NCBI GenBank assembly: GCA_036743455.1
Contig: DAINPM010000001.1
Span: 30,044-94,043, forward strand
Source: Bacteroidales bacterium
Lineage (GTDB): Bacteria; Bacteroidota; Bacteroidia; Bacteroidales; VadinHA17
DNA: 64,000 nucleotides
Direction of reading: 5' to 3'
Both the position numbers and the translations under genes were made by a program. The notes under the pieces are model-generated. The model was not told the origin of the DNA and did no database searches. It saw only the letters and a program-made list of their open reading frames with translations. This document shows positions 1 to 9,785 of the stretch, piece after piece; position 1 is the stretch's first letter; each line of letters starts with the position of its first letter.

Positions 1-365
1 TATATTTCACAACCATGATAAATAATCTGCTTTCGAATTCCGTAAAATACTGTGAAAAGGATCCTGTAATAAAAATTGAAGGTTATGTTGAGGATAATAA
101 TATTATTATTCGTCTAACAGATAACGGAATAGGGATCAGCAGAAACGATCAGAAACATGTGTTTGACAAGTTTTATCGTGCTTCTTCCGGAAACATTCAT
201 AAATACAAAGGGCTGGGACTCGGCTTATATTACGTAAAGAAAATAGCCACAGCTCATGGAGGTGATGTTATTCTTTCAAGTAAACCCGGAAAAGGCAGTA
301 TCTTTACAATAATAATACCTTATAAAAACCAGACTGAGTATGAAAGTTCTTCTAGCAGAAGATGA
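1..365 (+). CDS. Sensor histidine kinase, C-terminal HATPase_c fragment (5' end outside the window)
   Basis: Track ORF 15..365; the frame stays open back to base 3. N box NLLSNSVKY, G1 box DNGIGI, F box FDKFYR, G2 box GLGLGL. Confidence 0.85.
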   Translation, partial: YFTTMINNLLSNSVKYCEKDPVIKIEGYVEDNNIIIRLTDNGIGISRNDQKHVFDKFYRASSGNIHKYKGLGLGLYYVKKIATAHGGDVILSSKPGKGSIFTIIIPYKNQTEYESSSSRR

Positions 366-1023
366 CAGGGATTTTGGAAATATCCTGTCTCAATATGTTT
401 CAATTAACGGTTATGATGTAACACTGGCCCGCGATGGTAAAGAAGCATGGGAATGTTACAATAATGAGAAACCCGATATTTGTGTTCTTGATGTCATGAT
501 GCCCGAGATGGACGGATTTACTCTTGGTAAAAAAATCAAAGAGACTGATCCTGACATTCCACTTCTATTCCTCACAGCCAAAAGCCTAAAGGAAGATATA
601 GTAAAAGGACTAACTATAGGTGCAGATGATTACATAACAAAACCTTTTGATCCTGAGGTTCTCATTCTCAGGATAAACAATATTTTAAAACGAGTTTATT
701 CATCATCAAATGATGTTTTCAAGATATCATCCACTGTTCTCAATTTCAATACCCTTGAGCTTAGCTGTGGTAATACCAAAGAAAAACTCACACTTAAAGA
801 AGCACAGCTTCTCAAATATTTTATTATCAACAAGAACAAAGTACTTGCCAGAGAAGATATTTTAACAGAAATATGGGGGGAGGATGATTATTTCCTCGGG
901 AGAAGTATGGATGTATTTATAAGCAGATTAAGGAAATACATATCGGAAGATAAGAATATTGATATTCGTACTGTCAGAGGTACAGGTTTTATAATGGAGG
1001 AAACTGTTCAGGATCCTTCCTGA
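340..1023 (+). CDS. OmpR/PhoB-type response regulator (receiver + winged-helix DNA-binding domain)
   Basis: Receiver motifs LLAEDD, phospho-acceptor context DICVLDVMMPEMDG, LTAK. C-terminal trans_reg_C-like region (LTLKEAQLLKYF...VRGTGF). Overlaps the kinase gene by 26 nt. Confidence 0.9.
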   Translation: MKVLLAEDDRDFGNILSQYVSINGYDVTLARDGKEAWECYNNEKPDICVLDVMMPEMDGFTLGKKIKETDPDIPLLFLTAKSLKEDIVKGLTIGADDYITKPFDPEVLILRINNILKRVYSSSNDVFKISSTVLNFNTLELSCGNTKEKLTLKEAQLLKYFIINKNKVLAREDILTEIWGEDDYFLGRSMDVFISRLRKYISEDKNIDIRTVRGTGFIMEETVQDPS

Positions 1024-1051
1024 ACAGTTTCTTCTTAAGTATTTTTTCAGA

Positions 1052-2149
1052 TTACTCTCCCAGAATTTCACGGACTTTGATCAGGAGATCGTCTCCTCTC
1101 AGGTTCCTGCCAATTATTGTTCCTGTTTCATCAAGAAGAAAATTTGCAGGTATTGCTCTGACCATATATAGTCGTGCTGCTTCATTGTTCCAGTACTGAA
1201 GGTCTGAGACCTGTGTCCATGTGATATTGTCATCAGCAATAGCACTTGTCCATGTATCTTTTGACTGGTCGAGTGAAACCCCGAAGATATCAAATCCTTT
1301 TTTGTTGTACTGCTTATATATTTTAACCAGGTTGGGGTTTTCCTGACGGCATGGAGCACACCATCCTGCCCAAAAATCAATTAACAAAAGTTTTGAGCCT
1401 ATTCTGGAAGACAGGGAAACAGGATTACCGTTAACATCGTTCATAGTGAAATCCGGGGCTTTCCTGCCTACTGATACTGTCTTCATCGCATCACCAAGCT
1501 CTTTCATTTCCTTCACAACAGGTATTTCAGCCACTTCCGCATCAAAACCATTAGCCAGTTCAGACAACTCATCTGCTTCCAGATAATATGTGATACTCCT
1601 TAAAACTGCAGGAGCTACATAAGACGAAGGATTATTCCTGACAAAATCCTTTTGAAGATTTATAAGTTCTTTCTCAAGTTCCACCAATTCTTTTTCATAT
1701 TGTGCCATTTTTTCAGTATCATTGACCTGACGGGCAACCTGATATTCCTGATTTATGGCCGAGCCTTTTTCGCCTATAGCGTTATTAGCTTCAATAAAAG
1801 CCTGATATTCATCCTGACTCTTTGATCCTGTTATCAGAGCAAGATCCAATGAATCAATGTTCCCTTTAATTTCTAAAGGGGCATTTTCGAGGTAAAAATT
1901 CACTCTTGTCCCCTTATTCCAGGCTACAAGTTGTACAAGATCGGGATAATCAACAGAACCCTTCATTTTAAATGAACCCTTACTGGAGACAGCAGAATCG
2001 ATAATAACTATTTCTCCGTCAACCACTCTGTGAAGGTAAAACAACTCATCATCGGCACCCTCTATATCTGCTTTTATTACATATTGAGGTTCAGTACTAC
2101 ATGCAACAGTAAAAGTTGCTAAAATCAAAAGGTAAACTAGTTTTTTCAT
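1052..2149 (-). CDS. TlpA/ResA-family thiol:disulfide oxidoreductase lipoprotein (thioredoxin fold, DUF4369-like N-terminal half)
   Basis: Lipoprotein-type signal (LILATFTVACS). C-terminal thioredoxin-like half with WAGWCAPCRQENP (CxxC). Confidence 0.85.
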   Translation of the reverse strand: MKKLVYLLILATFTVACSTEPQYVIKADIEGADDELFYLHRVVDGEIVIIDSAVSSKGSFKMKGSVDYPDLVQLVAWNKGTRVNFYLENAPLEIKGNIDSLDLALITGSKSQDEYQAFIEANNAIGEKGSAINQEYQVARQVNDTEKMAQYEKELVELEKELINLQKDFVRNNPSSYVAPAVLRSITYYLEADELSELANGFDAEVAEIPVVKEMKELGDAMKTVSVGRKAPDFTMNDVNGNPVSLSSRIGSKLLLIDFWAGWCAPCRQENPNLVKIYKQYNKKGFDIFGVSLDQSKDTWTSAIADDNITWTQVSDLQYWNNEAARLYMVRAIPANFLLDETGTIIGRNLRGDDLLIKVREILGE

Positions 2150-2285
2150 ATGTTTTTTTTTTAATTGTCGTATAGTTTCCCGCTTTGCAGGACGAATAGT
2201 ACCGGAAATCGGGAGAACCGCATAAAAAAATATTCAATTCTGTCTGCTATTTTAACTGAATAAGATGAGTACTTTAAAACATTTG

Positions 2286-3398
2286 TTAAATATAGGAATT
2301 ATTGTCGTCTGATAAAATCTCCCTGTATTTATCTATTATTTCCATGGCTGCTTTGTATGATGTTATTCTATTCTCTTTTAATTGTTGTTCAATAACAGGT
2401 AAAAAGGAGGCTATGTGGTGGTTATTGTAGAAAGAATCCCTGAGGTATTCCACTATTGTGTCATGCATTCGCGACACAGCCTGCTGCCGTCTTCGTTCTT
2501 CAAAATAACCCGACTGTTTATTAATTAAGACATTTCTTTTTATTGTTTCCCATATCTCCTTCATTCCTCTGTTCTCATGAGCTGAACAAACAAAAACCTC
2601 CGGTTTCAGTCCTGACTGGCACACACTGAATAAGCTGAAAGAATTTCTGAGTACCTCTGCAGCCTTTTCAGCCGTTCTTATATTTCGGCCATCAGCTTTA
2701 GTAACAGCAACCGAATCTGCCATTTCAAGAATACCTTTTTTAATACACTGTATTTCATCTCCTGCTCCTGCGAGCATAAGAAGAAGAAAGAAATCCACCA
2801 TTGAATGAACTGTTGTTTCTGATTGTCCCACACCTACTGTTTCAATAAGTATTGTATTAAAACCTGCTGCTTCGCACATTATAACTGCTTCTCCCGTCCT
2901 TCCGGCAACGCCTCCCGGAAGGCCGGCTGTAGGAGAGGGTCTGATAAAGACATGAGGGTGAATACTCATCTTTTCCATTCTTATCTTATCTCCCATTATA
3001 CTTCCCTTTGAAACAGTACTACTTGGGTCGACAGCCAGCACAGCCAGTTTACGGCCTTCATCCGTTATTATTGATCCCAGGGCTTCAATAAAAGTACTTT
3101 TCCCTACTCCGGGAACTCCTGATATACCTGCTCTTATCGAATTACCACTGTAAGGGAAACATCCCTCAACAACTTCCCTTATTATTTCCCTGTGCTCTTT
3201 CAGTGTGCTCTCAGACAGGGTTATAGCCTGGCTGAGAAGAACTCTGTCTCCGCACAATATACCGGAAATCAAATCTCTCGAAGAATAATGAACTGAGGGT
3301 TTCCTCTTCCTGCCATTTATTATGAAAGGATTTACACTGGGCGGCAGACCAGACTCATTTTCCTTTCTGACTGCTTTTTTCTGTGGTTTATCTTTCAT
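2286..3398 (-). CDS. meaB: Methylmalonyl-CoA mutase-associated GTPase MeaB (ArgK/LAO-AO transport ATPase family)
   Basis: G3E GTPase motifs: Walker A GVPGVGKST, LAVDPSS, IETVGVGQSE, VTKADG. Confidence 0.85.
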   Translation of the reverse strand: MKDKPQKKAVRKENESGLPPSVNPFIINGRKRKPSVHYSSRDLISGILCGDRVLLSQAITLSESTLKEHREIIREVVEGCFPYSGNSIRAGISGVPGVGKSTFIEALGSIITDEGRKLAVLAVDPSSTVSKGSIMGDKIRMEKMSIHPHVFIRPSPTAGLPGGVAGRTGEAVIMCEAAGFNTILIETVGVGQSETTVHSMVDFFLLLMLAGAGDEIQCIKKGILEMADSVAVTKADGRNIRTAEKAAEVLRNSFSLFSVCQSGLKPEVFVCSAHENRGMKEIWETIKRNVLINKQSGYFEERRRQQAVSRMHDTIVEYLRDSFYNNHHIASFLPVIEQQLKENRITSYKAAMEIIDKYREILSDDNNSYI

Positions 3399-3423
3399 AT
3401 CAACAAGGTTGATAATGTAAAAG

Positions 3424-3461
3424 TAACAAAAAGGGCACCAGTTTGTTTACAGGTACCCTTT
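3424..3461 (-). terminator. Rho-independent terminator downstream of the DUF1573 gene
   Basis: On the minus strand, GGGUACC (3452-3458 region) pairs with GGUGCCC (3433-3439 region) including one G-U pair, with a 12-nt loop. It is followed by UUUUUGUUACUUUU. Lies 28 nt after the stop at 3489. Confidence 0.55.
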
Positions 3462-3488
3462 ATAAATTAAAATCTATCGTATAAGATC

Positions 3489-4580
3489 CTATTTTGATGC
3501 CGCCAGTTGTTCCACTTCTGCATTGAGCATCAGAACAACTTCTGAATTTTTTGGATCGTTAGTATATACATATATTGCTTTTGTAACCCTTCCCTTGTAA
3601 GCACCGGAATTGAAAACTGCCTTAATTGAAGCTGACTGACCCGGTTTAATTCCAACACCCTGCAGTCCCTGCTGAATAGCAGTACATCCGCAAGTTGAAC
3701 GCAGATGCCTTATTATCAGATCTGATTTACCTTCATTGGTAAATTTAAACTCAACTTCTTTCTGTGTATTGCCCTGCATTTTACCAAGATTGACCGTTGT
3801 AACAGCCGGTTTGAAAACAGGAGCATTTTCCAGATCTTCTCTGGAAAGGTTTGAAAAATCCTCAACAAGATTGGCTGAAACATAATAATAAGAATTCTGC
3901 TCAACATTCCCGTTAAGTACAACTCTCACCATGTCACTGACATGCCCCCATGAATTATTCTTTGTTGCATCATAAGTGCCTTCAATAATACCTTGCTGTC
4001 CGGGTTTAAGGACTTCAGGATTAGCCTTCAGCGTTAAATGGGCGGGGATCCTCTCGAAACCAATTTTAACCGGTTCATCTGATGTATTGACTACTTTCAT
4101 TACCCTTATCTTCTTCTGGGTTTTCTTTACATTTGTAAATGCAAGATGATTGCTTTCAAAACGTATCGAACTGACAGGATAAGTAAATAACTCTTCAAGA
4201 GTCTTTTCTCTCGGGATAACTTCTCCCTTCAAAGTGAGAACAGTGACTTCCGGCTTTCCGTTAGTGTAAACAGCCAGAGTTTTATTGAAAGCACCGGGTC
4301 TGTTCCTGGGATCATAAATAGCTTTAATAGTACCTTTACCTCCAGGAGGAATGGGTTGTCTTGACCACTCAGGGAGAGTGCATCCACAGGATGCTACAAT
4401 GTTTTGAATAATCAAAGGGGTATTGCCCGAATTCGTTACAGTAAAATCATATGTTTGCCTGCCTGCTTCTTCCTTGAACTTCCCGAAATCATGACTGGTC
4501 TCTGAAAACTTCAATACCGGCTGTGCAAACAAAGACACACTTAAAAAAATGACCGGAATTATGAATACTAATCTCTTCAT
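3489..4580 (-). CDS. DUF1573 domain-containing secreted protein (two DUF1573 repeats)
   Basis: Signal peptide. Two copies of the characteristic CGCT motif (ASCGCTLPEW and STCGCTAIQ), each in a beta-sandwich-like module. Confidence 0.8.
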   Translation of the reverse strand: MKRLVFIIPVIFLSVSLFAQPVLKFSETSHDFGKFKEEAGRQTYDFTVTNSGNTPLIIQNIVASCGCTLPEWSRQPIPPGGKGTIKAIYDPRNRPGAFNKTLAVYTNGKPEVTVLTLKGEVIPREKTLEELFTYPVSSIRFESNHLAFTNVKKTQKKIRVMKVVNTSDEPVKIGFERIPAHLTLKANPEVLKPGQQGIIEGTYDATKNNSWGHVSDMVRVVLNGNVEQNSYYYVSANLVEDFSNLSREDLENAPVFKPAVTTVNLGKMQGNTQKEVEFKFTNEGKSDLIIRHLRSTCGCTAIQQGLQGVGIKPGQSASIKAVFNSGAYKGRVTKAIYVYTNDPKNSEVVLMLNAEVEQLAASK

Positions 4581-4768
4581 GTTAACTTAAATATTGTGTT
4601 TAAAATATACTAAATATATTTGTTTTCTGGTTTCTTATTATAACTCTTAAGTTGAAAAAAAGGTTGCATGATAAAATCAACAAAAATCAGACCGTAAAAT
4701 TTAATCTGTTTAACGGAACAAAATTAATAAAGTTTGAATTTTTTCGGTAATTTAAACCATAATATCGT

Positions 4769-4776
4769 TAGTTTTG
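4769..4776 (+). promoter_or_regulatory. Candidate Bacteroidota -7 promoter element (TAGTTTTG)
   Basis: Exact match to TAnnTTTG, about 70 nt upstream of the ATG at 4848. No convincing -33 TTTG seen. Confidence 0.4.
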
Positions 4777-4847
4777 CTTCTTAAAGAATACTTGTTGGAA
4801 CAAAATTTGCCGACAATAATCAATTGGATCCAATGAGGGATAAAAGT

Positions 4848-7800
4848 ATGAAAAAGACCCTTAGGCTGATAATTATAACTCTGGCCTGCTTTTTTTACCT
4901 GAATGGGTATGGCCAGTTCTATAATGGCCACCAGATGAAATTCGGCAAAAACAGGGTACAGTATTATGACTATTACTGGACATTCTACAGATTTGATGAT
5001 TTTGACGTTTATTTTAATGAGTTCGGACGCGATCTGGCTGAGTTTACTGCTGATTATGTAACAGATAAACTGGAAGAAATAGAAGACTTTTTCGATTATT
5101 CTCTTGAAAAACGCCTTATTTTTATAATTCATAACAAGAATGCCGAATATAAACAATCAAATATAGGCCTGGTAACATTTGATGATGACAATTATAACAC
5201 AGGGGGTTATAGCAGGCTGATAACAAATAAAATATCCCTTTTCTACGAAGAAGACCATATTGCCTTCAAAAAACAGATAGCCACTGCCATCACTGAGGTT
5301 CTTGTAAATGAAATGCTTTATAATGCAGAAATCAAAGAAAGGGTCTCAAGTTCTTCAATGATCAATCTGCCCGACTGGTATATTAAAGGATTAGCCAACT
5401 ATGTGGGCTGGGGCTGGGATTTCGATGTCGAAAACAGGGTTAAAGATGGCATAATGTCAGGTAAATATAAAAACATTACTAACCTTGAGTATGAAGATGC
5501 CATATATGCCGGTCAGTCCTTTTGGAGATATATTGGCAATGAATATGGCGATGCCCTTATTCCGAATATTATTTATCTCACCAAAGTATACAGAAAAATT
5601 GACGACGGGATATTGTATGTTGTTGGCAAAAAACTTAAAGAATTACTGGCTGAATGGCAAATATATTACCTGAATGAATATTCAGGAGAAAAAAGTCTTC
5701 TCGCAACAGACAAAAATACTATACGCCAGTCACGAAAAGAACAGATTTATCAGCAGGTAAAAATTTCTCCCAATGGTAACTATATTGCTTACGTAACCAA
5801 TGATCTCGGAAGAAAAAAAATATGGCTGTACGACCAGACAACAGAAAAACAAAAGGTAATATTCAGAGCTGAACCCAAATATGACTATGCCAGCGATAAG
5901 ACATACCCTGTCCTTGCATGGCATCCCACCGGAAGGATACTGACTTTTATAAATGAGGAAAAAGCCGGACTTAAAATATACTTCTACAGATTAGACGAAA
6001 AATCAACAGAAGAAAGAAATCTTCTTTATTTCGATAAAATACTTGACTTTTCATATTCACCTGAAGGGACTAACCTGATATTATCTGCAGTGAAAGACGG
6101 GATGACAGATATTTACCTGCACACTATCGCTTCCGGGATAAACGAACAAATAACCAAAGACATTGCAGACGATAAACATCCTTCATTCCTGAATAATTCA
6201 GACAAAATGATCATTTTTTCTTCGAACAGACTGACAGACACTCTTACAAACACAGGTGATCCCTTTGAAAAAACGGCCAATACATACGATCTTTTCACTT
6301 ATGATATTTCAGGAGAAAGCAAGCTCCTCACTCGTCTGACAGAAGGCCAATATAATGACCGGTTTTCTGCATCAGTTAAAGCAAATAAAGAAATATCATA
6401 TATAGGTAACAGCAACGGAATTTTTAATCGATATATAGCAACTTTTGACAGTACAATCAGTTTTATCGACACAACTACTCATTACAGGTATTTCCTTTCC
6501 TCTTCTCCAGTGACCAATTACAACAGGAACATACTTGAACATTCCCTCGCAGATGGATCGGATGCTTTCAGTGAAATAATCTTCAGCAACGGAAGATATC
6601 TGCTCAGAAAAGGCAAGCTTAATGATTTTTCTCCCATTCCTGAAAATGATTTTACCATAAGTAACTTCAGGAAGGAACAAAATCTCTTCCATCACAAAGC
6701 CGATAGCATAGAACAGATAAGACAATGGCTGATCGCTGAAGATAAAAAGCGCAGAGATACCCTTACCAAGCCTTATTATGAGTATTTTGTAACAGAAGAA
6801 CCCATTGATTTCAACCACTATATCTTTGAAAAAGAAAAGCAGAATTATTATGATCAACTTTGGAGGAAAGATTATATGGATATTGATCTTGATACAGGGA
6901 CTATCGACATCCCCTTGCTCAGGATCTATGAGACTTCTTTTTACAATAATTATATAGCCAACCAGATAGATTTCACTTTTCTGAATAATGCATACCAGGT
7001 ATATAGTGACGGTTCTTCATATTATAATCCCGGCATGAATATTCTTTCAATGTTCGGTATTACAGATCTTTTTGAAGATTACAGGATAACAGGTGGTTTC
7101 CGGTTTTCAGGAAATTTTAACAGCAATGAGTATCTTTTCAGTGTGGAAAATCTTAAGGGGAAATTTGACAAACAGTTTATCTTACACCGCCAGGCCTATG
7201 AAAGTATTTCAGGTGACTCACTTGTCAGATCCCATACACATAATGTCTATTTTACCCTATCAAAACCTTTTACACCCGTTTTCTCCCTTAGAGGCACCTT
7301 AGCCTACAGATACGACAGACATGTTTTTCTGCCCCTTGACCTAATGACACTTAACAGCGAAAACATGTCACGACACTGGGCCACTATTAAGGGAGAAATC
7401 ATTTATGACAATACACGAAAGAGATCCATAAACATATATTATGGAACGAGATTTAAGATATTTAGCGAATATTACAAAAGAATATCTTCAGCTAAATCTG
7501 ATATGATAGTATTGGGTATCGACTTCAGAAAATATACCCGGATACATCGGGAACTCATCTGGGCAAATCGCTTTGCCGCCAGTACTTCCTACGGCCCTAC
7601 CAAGCTTTTGTACTATCTTGGAGGAGTTGATAACTGGATGGGATATCTGTTTAATAGTTCAGGTATGTTCGACAGATCTATTCCGGTAAATCATAATGTT
7701 GATTACGGATTTCAGGCAATTGCCACAAATATGAGGGGTTTCATCCAGAATGCACGTAACGGTACCAGTTTTGCCCTTATAAACAGTGAGATCAGATGGC

Positions 7801-8123
7801 CTTTTGTCAGATATTTTGCCGGACATCCACTCCGTTCAAACTTTCTCAACAGCTTACAAATAGTGGGATTTGGTGATATAGGTACTGCCTGGACAGGCAA
7901 ATCACCATGGAACAGTGAGAATGCTTACGATACTGAAATACTTAAAAACGGACCTGTAACAGTTACTCTTGATTCAAACAGAAAACCCTTTATTGCCGGC
8001 TTCGGTGCAGGCGTAAGAGCACAACTGGCCGGATATTTCATAAGAGCTGACTGGGCCTGGGGCATTGAAGATCATTATATTCTGCCAAGGGTATTCTACC
8101 TCTCATTCAGCCTTGATTTCTGA
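4848..8123 (+). CDS. Large outer-membrane protein: N-terminal unknown domain + TolB/PD40-like beta-propeller repeats + C-terminal Omp85/surface-antigen-like beta-barrel
   Basis: The track ORF starts at TTG 4824. ATG 4848 gives signal peptide MKKTLRLIIITLACFF (ATG 4833 also possible). PD40-like repeats: ISPNGNYIAYVTNDLGRKKIWLYD, LAWHPTGRILTF, FSYSPEGTNLILSAVKDGMTDIYL, IIFSSNR. C-terminus GFGAGVRAQLAGYFIRADWAWGI...FYLSFSLDF ends in an aromatic residue like an OMP beta-signal. Confidence 0.6.
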   Translation: MKKTLRLIIITLACFFYLNGYGQFYNGHQMKFGKNRVQYYDYYWTFYRFDDFDVYFNEFGRDLAEFTADYVTDKLEEIEDFFDYSLEKRLIFIIHNKNAEYKQSNIGLVTFDDDNYNTGGYSRLITNKISLFYEEDHIAFKKQIATAITEVLVNEMLYNAEIKERVSSSSMINLPDWYIKGLANYVGWGWDFDVENRVKDGIMSGKYKNITNLEYEDAIYAGQSFWRYIGNEYGDALIPNIIYLTKVYRKIDDGILYVVGKKLKELLAEWQIYYLNEYSGEKSLLATDKNTIRQSRKEQIYQQVKISPNGNYIAYVTNDLGRKKIWLYDQTTEKQKVIFRAEPKYDYASDKTYPVLAWHPTGRILTFINEEKAGLKIYFYRLDEKSTEERNLLYFDKILDFSYSPEGTNLILSAVKDGMTDIYLHTIASGINEQITKDIADDKHPSFLNNSDKMIIFSSNRLTDTLTNTGDPFEKTANTYDLFTYDISGESKLLTRLTEGQYNDRFSASVKANKEISYIGNSNGIFNRYIATFDSTISFIDTTTHYRYFLSSSPVTNYNRNILEHSLADGSDAFSEIIFSNGRYLLRKGKLNDFSPIPENDFTISNFRKEQNLFHHKADSIEQIRQWLIAEDKKRRDTLTKPYYEYFVTEEPIDFNHYIFEKEKQNYYDQLWRKDYMDIDLDTGTIDIPLLRIYETSFYNNYIANQIDFTFLNNAYQVYSDGSSYYNPGMNILSMFGITDLFEDYRITGGFRFSGNFNSNEYLFSVENLKGKFDKQFILHRQAYESISGDSLVRSHTHNVYFTLSKPFTPVFSLRGTLAYRYDRHVFLPLDLMTLNSENMSRHWATIKGEIIYDNTRKRSINIYYGTRFKIFSEYYKRISSAKSDMIVLGIDFRKYTRIHRELIWANRFAASTSYGPTKLLYYLGGVDNWMGYLFNSSGMFDRSIPVNHNVDYGFQAIATNMRGFIQNARNGTSFALINSEIRWPFVRYFAGHPLRSNFLNSLQIVGFGDIGTAWTGKSPWNSENAYDTEILKNGPVTVTLDSNRKPFIAGFGAGVRAQLAGYFIRADWAWGIEDHYILPRVFYLSFSLDF

Positions 8124-8219
8124 ATATATCTTCCTTTATTTCTGATTAATACCCGCTTTCAATTACAGGCACGATTATTGTATGATAATTATTACATTTT
8201 TTTATTTATAAAATTTAAA

Positions 8220-8227
8220 TAAATTTG
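8220..8227 (+). promoter_or_regulatory. Candidate -7 promoter element (TAAATTTG) for the ferredoxin gene
   Basis: Exact TAnnTTTG match ending 39 nt before ATG 8267. Confidence 0.45.
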
Positions 8228-8266
8228 TGCAATTAACGAAAAATTAACTATTTAAAAATAAAAGAA

Positions 8267-8434
8267 ATGGCTTACAAAATTAATGAAGATTGCACGGCTT
8301 GCGGAACATGTATTGATGAATGCCCCGTTGAAGCAATATCTGAAGGTGATATCTACAAAATTGATCCGGATACATGCACCGATTGTGGTGCATGTGCTGA
8401 TGTTTGCCCTGTAGAGGCTATACATCCTGAATAA
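8267..8434 (+). CDS. fdx: 2x[4Fe-4S] ferredoxin, 55 aa (absent from the ORF track; below the size cutoff)
   Basis: My translation: MAYKINEDCTACGTCIDECPVEAISEGDIYKIDPDTCTDCGACADVCPVEAIHPE. It has two CxxCxxCxxxCP clusters. It replaces the spurious minus-strand track ORF 8252..8443. Confidence 0.9.
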   Translation: MAYKINEDCTACGTCIDECPVEAISEGDIYKIDPDTCTDCGACADVCPVEAIHPE

Positions 8435-8456
8435 TAATTGCAATCACATAAAAATC

Positions 8457-8485
8457 AAAAAAGGTGTTCCAGGAACACCTTTTTT
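8457..8485. terminator. Bidirectional intrinsic terminator between convergent genes
   Basis: Perfect palindrome AAAAAAGGTGTTCC-A-GGAACACCTTTTTT. An A run lies on one side and a T run on the other, so it can serve the ferredoxin gene (+) and the gene at 8592..9617 (-). Confidence 0.75.
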
Positions 8486-8591
8486 GATTTCTTTACCCAT
8501 AACCCCGATAAGTACACCAAATAATCAAAGAGCAAGAAATAAAATCCCTTGTCTGTTTATAGTCCGGATCAAATAACCGGCTTATCCTTTA

Positions 8592-9617
8592 TTAACGGGG
8601 CATATATTTTGATTTTCCCAAAAGACCCTGAACATCGGTCTCATTCATTAATCCTTCAAGAGTAATTTCAGGATTGTGCTTCATATAACTCTCAATTATC
8701 CTGAAACCTATCCATACCGATGCCCTGCCAGGGGATTCACTGGTAAAATAACTGGTAAAAGGGGCTTCTCCGGTTAGTTTCCTGATAACCATCTGATCAG
8801 TACTGAACAAGAGATCATGTTCCACAAGATATTCCCACATCTGAGCTTCATTATTTAAACAGAATCTCATCTGATCACTGGAAAATCCAAGCAACAAAGT
8901 ATCGGCCATCCCAGGTAACATACACCTTTCAAAATATCTAAGCTTACCTTCATGGATCATCTCCGTGAGCACATTATCAATCTGATAATTCATATCCTCA
9001 AAATTCCATTGAGTCTTAGCCCAGGCATACATACAATCCGGTAAAATATTATATGAGTTCATCCTCAATGCAAGGTATCCGTAAATATTAAGACGTTTGT
9101 AAAAATCACAATCGCTGCCCAGATACCTGTCAAGACCAATTGCCAGAACAGAATCTTTAAGAGTTATCATACTATTGTTAAACCCTGTTATACAGGTATA
9201 CACATCCGGAACATTTCTCCCGGGAAAATACCATAGGTAATGACGGAAAGCCTCTTCTATCCCATCTTCAAGCCATTGGACATCCGGATAGGAAGCCATC
9301 ACTGCATTATAAACCTCATTATTAATCTTATCAGTACAAAAACTTAATAAATAATTTATGAAAGTTGTATCTCCTACCTCACCCGCATTAATGACATAAC
9401 TGAAAAGCTGCAGAAAACTACCGTACTGATCCCTTAGTCGTGGTATGTTATCTCCAATCTTTTCAGGATCAATACTGAACAGATCTGTTTCAAACCGTTT
9501 TATTCCGAGATCAATATCAACCGAGGATACATCAACCTTGTAAGGGTTCTGTTTACATGAAGATATTAGTATAAGAGAAAATACCATTATCATGCATATG
9601 AATTTAATATTTTTCAT
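8592..9617 (-). CDS. GldB-like gliding-motility-associated lipoprotein (DUF2268-related)
   Basis: Lipoprotein signal (LILISSCKQ). The layout IKRFETDLF..., ...AFRHYLWYFPGRNVPDVYTCITGFN..., LAIGLDRYLGSDCDFY matches my recollection of the GldB family. A nadE neighbourhood is also recalled for gldB. Not verified by search. Confidence 0.55.
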   Translation of the reverse strand: MKNIKFICMIMVFSLILISSCKQNPYKVDVSSVDIDLGIKRFETDLFSIDPEKIGDNIPRLRDQYGSFLQLFSYVINAGEVGDTTFINYLLSFCTDKINNEVYNAVMASYPDVQWLEDGIEEAFRHYLWYFPGRNVPDVYTCITGFNNSMITLKDSVLAIGLDRYLGSDCDFYKRLNIYGYLALRMNSYNILPDCMYAWAKTQWNFEDMNYQIDNVLTEMIHEGKLRYFERCMLPGMADTLLLGFSSDQMRFCLNNEAQMWEYLVEHDLLFSTDQMVIRKLTGEAPFTSYFTSESPGRASVWIGFRIIESYMKHNPEITLEGLMNETDVQGLLGKSKYMPR

Positions 9618-9785
9618 CCGGGTCCTTTTTTATGATTCCGAAATTAATCACTTTTGAACAACTATAACAATTTTTAACGGGGCAATCACTTCCATTATTA
9701 TTTGCTATTTTCGCATAACAAACAGAATTATTTTCATAATTAGCCGTTTTCTGATAAAAAGTTTGAACTTACTATCAATTCATAT

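Noticed and set aside
2153-2162. T10 homopolymer (A10 on the coding strand) 3 nt upstream of the TlpA-like start codon as a phase-variation tract
   Set aside because: It lies outside the ORF. A-rich leaders are the normal translation-initiation context in Bacteroidota. I see no evidence for slipped-strand regulation and no contingency-type gene.
8252-8443. 63-aa minus-strand track ORF
   Set aside because: It is the reverse-frame shadow of the plus-strand ferredoxin (8267-8434), which has two textbook iron-sulfur motifs, a promoter motif and a terminator.
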